Translations under genes and position numbers: made by a program
NCBI RefSeq assembly: GCF_016433145.1
Contig: NC_058133.1
Coordinates: 172,480,514-172,544,513 of the forward strand
Source of the DNA: Gracilinanus agilis
Lineage: Eukaryota
DNA: 64,000 nucleotides
Direction of reading: 5' to 3'
Shown here: piece after piece, positions 60,301 to 64,000 of the stretch
How positions within the stretch are numbered: position 1 is the stretch's first letter
Layout: each line of letters starts with the position of its first letter
Notes under the pieces: model-generated
Told to the model about the DNA's origin: nothing
Databases searched by the model: none
Seen by the model: the letters and a program-made list of their open reading frames with translations, nothing else

Positions 60301-62989
60301 TTCCGCCACTGCACCTTTTGCACAATCGTAGATAGGACTTCCTGCCACGCCCCTTTAAATGAGTGTATCGCGAGAGAACTGGGAAGACCCTGTGATCCGC
60401 CTCCTCCGGACCCGCGACTTCCGGACTAACCAAACCTAAAAATCAGACCAAACGAATCGATCCGCGTCCTTTCCGCCTACAGGAATCAGAAAGTACAGCC
60501 CGAGAATTTGATCGTCTACTGGGTGAGCAACCTGGTTGGAAAGACCACGACGTTCGCTAGAGGTAGGCAAGACTCTGGAGCTGTGTGAGCCGGAAAGGTA
60601 CTTAGTAGTTCTCGGAGGCTGTTGAAATGGAAGATAATCAATAATCTTTAAGGTCTAAGTCCTACTCCGTACCAGGATCTATGCTAAGAGTTGGAGATAC
60701 AAAGAAAGCAAAAGGCAATCCCTGCCCCCGAGGAGTTCACAATCTAATCGGGGACGACAGCACATAAAAAGAAGCTGAAGAGGAGGAAGCATGGGTACCT
60801 GGCACAGCAAGGGCCTGAAGAAGTCCTGCGGTCAATGTGGAAAATGATGAGTGACTGCCTCGGATTCCCTCCTTAAATGGAAGTTCGGGGAGAAGCTCTC
60901 CTATGTTCACCTTTCACTTCCAATTAGAGGAAAAGGTGCCCCCAAAATCAGTGGTACTGAGGAGATGTGTTTCAGAGTTGATGTCATCTTGCTAGAGGAT
61001 GAATTTCTGGACATCATGATTGAGGGAGATTATTTTTAAAATGAGGGAATTGACTAATTTCTAAAGCTCCTTCTATCTCTAAATTCTATGATGTAGATTT
61101 CTCCAAGGTCATAGCCAAGGGTTCAAAGCAATCCTAAGCTTCCTCTCCCAGTCTTCAGGGAAGGGTGTCCTTGGATCAGGTTCCAAGATGATTTACATTC
61201 TTGTTTACATATGACTTTACATAAAACTGAGTTTCACCCCACCCCCTCCAATTAATCAATGAACATTTATTAAATGTCTACTATGTGCCAAAAACTGTAC
61301 ATAGGATATAAAAAAGCTAAAGATTGTCCCTGCCTTCAAGGAGCTTAAAATTTAAGGCATGCAAAAAATATATACAAAGCAAGCTAAATACAGGTTGAAT
61401 ATGAAATAATTAACAGAAGGAAGGCAAGACTTCTAGTAAAAAGTGAGATTTTCACAGGTGGGGGGGTTGGGGGGGTGAAGGGGAAAGTAGGAGCATGAAT
61501 CATGTAACCATGTTAAAAATGAATATTAATAAATGTTTTTAAAAAATGTGAAATTTTCTTTGGGACTTAAAGGAAACCAGGGAAGTCTGTAGTTGGATCA
61601 GAAGAGAGAGAGCATTCCAGGTATAGGGACAGCCAGAGAGAATAACTGGGGCTGAAATATGGACTGTCTTGTTTGTGGAACAGCCAGGAGGCTAGAATCA
61701 CTGAATGGAAGAATACTTATCCTGGAGTAAAATGTAAGAAGAATGGAAAGTTGGAAGGAGCTAGGATAAAAAAGGCTTTGAATGCCAAACAGAGCATTGC
61801 TTTTGGAGGCAATTGGAAGCCACTGGAGTTTACTAAGTATGGAGATGGTAATGGGGAGTGACCTGTGCTTTAAGAAAATAATTTAGGGATTTTAGTGGCT
61901 GAATGGAACATAGGTTAGAATGGGGAAAGATTTGAGGAAGGCAAACTGGAAGCCAAGCAATAATCAAGGTGAGGTGAGGAGGACTAGTGTTATCAAGAAG
62001 TAAGGTAAGGTAATCTGAGTGGGTCAACAAGGCAATTTGGGTGTGAGGAAGGATAAAGGGGATATTAGGTGATTATAAGGTGATTGGAGGAGGAATGAAG
62101 GTAAAGGAAGGTATATAGGAGATAAAGGAAATGGGGTATGTAGGAGAGGGCAGCTCAAACAGGTTTGTTCCCAGAGGCTTGAGACAGAATACAGGGAGGA
62201 AACTAAGGCCAGTAAGAAATGTTTAGGTTTCGGCTGGAGGGTTTCTCTTGTTAGTTTCTAAAGTCTCTTGAGGGAGGAGTCGAGAGGGCCCCTCCCTGCC
62301 AGTCAAACTGATGGCTGGAGGAAGTCTGGGGTAGGTACTTCCTGCCAAGCTGGATGCCCCCAGTTCTCTCAAGAAATAAAAAGAAAATGATTCCTTCCCT
62401 CTTTAGCCCTTGTCTCAATTTTCGATACAATGATTCACCAGAGGCTTTGAGTAGGTAACAAGGGTTGAGTGTCTACTTTTTGTTCTGCTGTTAGGTCTGT
62501 TCCCATGAAGTGCTCAAGCAACTCAACCCTAATGCTCCACCCATCCCTCCTGACCCCTAATTTGCTCCTCCTCCAAACCTTTTAGGTGACACTACTTTGT
62601 CTTGCTCTGACTATGGCTCAAATTCTGACCTGAGCCTTCAGTGGAATAGAACAAATGGGGGTCATTGCCTCCCCAACCTGTTTTCACTGTGTATATCCCC
62701 AACCTCCTAGAATTTGGAAGAATATCAGAGAGAGCAAGAGATGGGAAAGAATGAGGTGAAGGCTTCCACTATCTGTTTTAAAAACAAACAAAGGAAACCT
62801 ATCACTTAAGACCTAAAAGAAAGACTCCTTTTATTGTGAAAAGCACAATGACTTTGGCAGACTGAAGACCAGGGTCTAAACCCTGGTTCAGCTATTTACT
62901 GCCTGAGAACTTTAATGTGGTACTTAGAGTCTCACTCAGAGTCATTGTAAGCTTTGGACAATACTAATTTTGTTCTTTTTTAATTGGAT

Positions 62990-63320
62990 AAATTAAAATT
63001 TTCACTTCTAATTCCTTTTCTCTTTTTCAATTACTTGTGATAAGGCCAATTTTTTTAAAAAAAGGTCCTCAGTAGGACTTGTATAAATGGAGATTTTGTG
63101 CTTTGAACTATGTACCCCAGAATTCCTTTCTGTATATCCAGAATGCTTTTCCCTTTGTCTACCTTTGCATCTTCATGTAATTGTTTATAAATTCTGAAAC
63201 TCTGCCTCTTCTCTCTCTTCTTTCATGACCAGGGCTGGATTAGCTAGTTTTTTATGTTATTATTAATAAATCTTCTTAAATATAATACATAGAATATTGG
63301 ATATTAATTTTTAATCTTTA
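62990..63320 (+). repeat. Possible LTR fragment (R-U5 end)
   Basis: TATA-like tttataaa, AATAAA, AT-rich terminal attaatttttaatcttta; no partner or TSD found. Confidence 0.35.
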
Positions 63321-64000
63321 AAATTTGGCTTTTCATGAAGGATTAGAATTCTCAAATATTTTTTAAGATAGATTTTCAGTTAAGTTAGTAAGTTTGCCCA
63401 ATCTCCACCTGCCTGTCTGTTTTCATGCCAGCCCACTGCCTGTGCTCCTGCCAATTCAGCCTGAGTGCTACCTGTCCATCCTACAGCCTCTGCTTGCTTC
63501 GACTAGACCCACCACAAGAGCCTGCCATTCTGAGCTGCTTTTTTTTTCCACAGAGGATGATGTATAAAAATCCTTCCACCCCAATCCCTTCCCCCAGCCC
63601 ACATGGGTTTTCCAGTCTGTCCTAGCCATTTTCAGAAGGGGAATACAGTGTAGAGGAGAAGAAATCATGCTATTGAGCCACACCCCCTTCTAGCTTCTAA
63701 GCTGAATTCTTAAGCTGACCCTAGGTTCCTGGCTGAGAGAGAGGCCTGCAACTAAGGATTTTTTTTCATGGGAAGGGGGCTCCTCTGCCTTTTTTTTTTT
63801 TTTTTTTTTTTTTGAGGGCACATAGCCCAAATCAGTTGAGATTCTCCTTCTCTCTCCTGACTCAAAACATCTGGGGTAGCCAGTCCTTCATATGCAAATA
63901 CACTATTGTTCTCTTTCTCAGTTTTGCCCTTAGGGAAAAGAGCACTGAAGAATAGCTCTTAAAAGCCCTTTAGCAAAAACCTGAAAAAGATCTTTTCACC

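Larger units (their letters stand above)
59950..60600 (-). promoter_or_regulatory. CpG-rich promoter/first exons of ZNHIT3
   Basis: Abrupt CpG density (cgcggc, cgcacacgccgc, cccgcgac, tccgcg) in an otherwise CpG-depleted window, spanning the ATG; ETS-like CCGGAA/CTTCC motifs. Confidence 0.8.

Noticed and set aside
59672-60433. 253-aa - strand ORF over the ZNHIT3 promoter
   Set aside because: GC-rich/low-complexity read-through of promoter, exons and introns in the wrong frame; real ZNHIT3 exons explain the region.
60600-64000. Neighbouring gene beyond ZNHIT3
   Set aside because: Only L2/MIR/LTR-like and low-complexity sequence; no spliceable coding exon recognised.

Overview
Marsupial (opossum-like, judged from the SINE/L1 repertoire) genomic DNA. 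On the + strand, 23 coding exons of the mitochondrial myosin MYO19 can be traced from 6384 to the stop at 54071. They join in frame into 959 aa; the short ATG-bearing exon is not located with certainty and one intron is GC-AG. On the - strand lies the complete 5-exon ZNHIT3 gene (60300->55011, 157 aa) with a CpG-rich promoter, tail-to-tail with MYO19, with predicted overlapping 3' UTRs. A 22.5-kb MYO19 intron (11159-33670) holds a nested set of insertions: an old L2 split by a full-length L1 (11-bp TSD); that L1 split by a ~10-kb antisense class I-type ERV; and the ERV's RT split by a second 2.1-kb LTR element (4-bp TSD). The decayed ERV is the most unusual object here. Its Gag starts with a hydrophobic signal-anchor-like helix instead of a myristoylation signal. 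A phased GGGAAAA heptamer sits directly before the gag stop and leads by -1 shift into a ~430-codon extra frame between NC and protease. The integrase has a Gln-rich repeated tail and no env is recognisable. The rest is SINEs, MIR/L2, hAT MITEs, microsatellites and a 345-nt assembly gap. All assignments come from reading the sequence and recalled protein families; no database searches were run.
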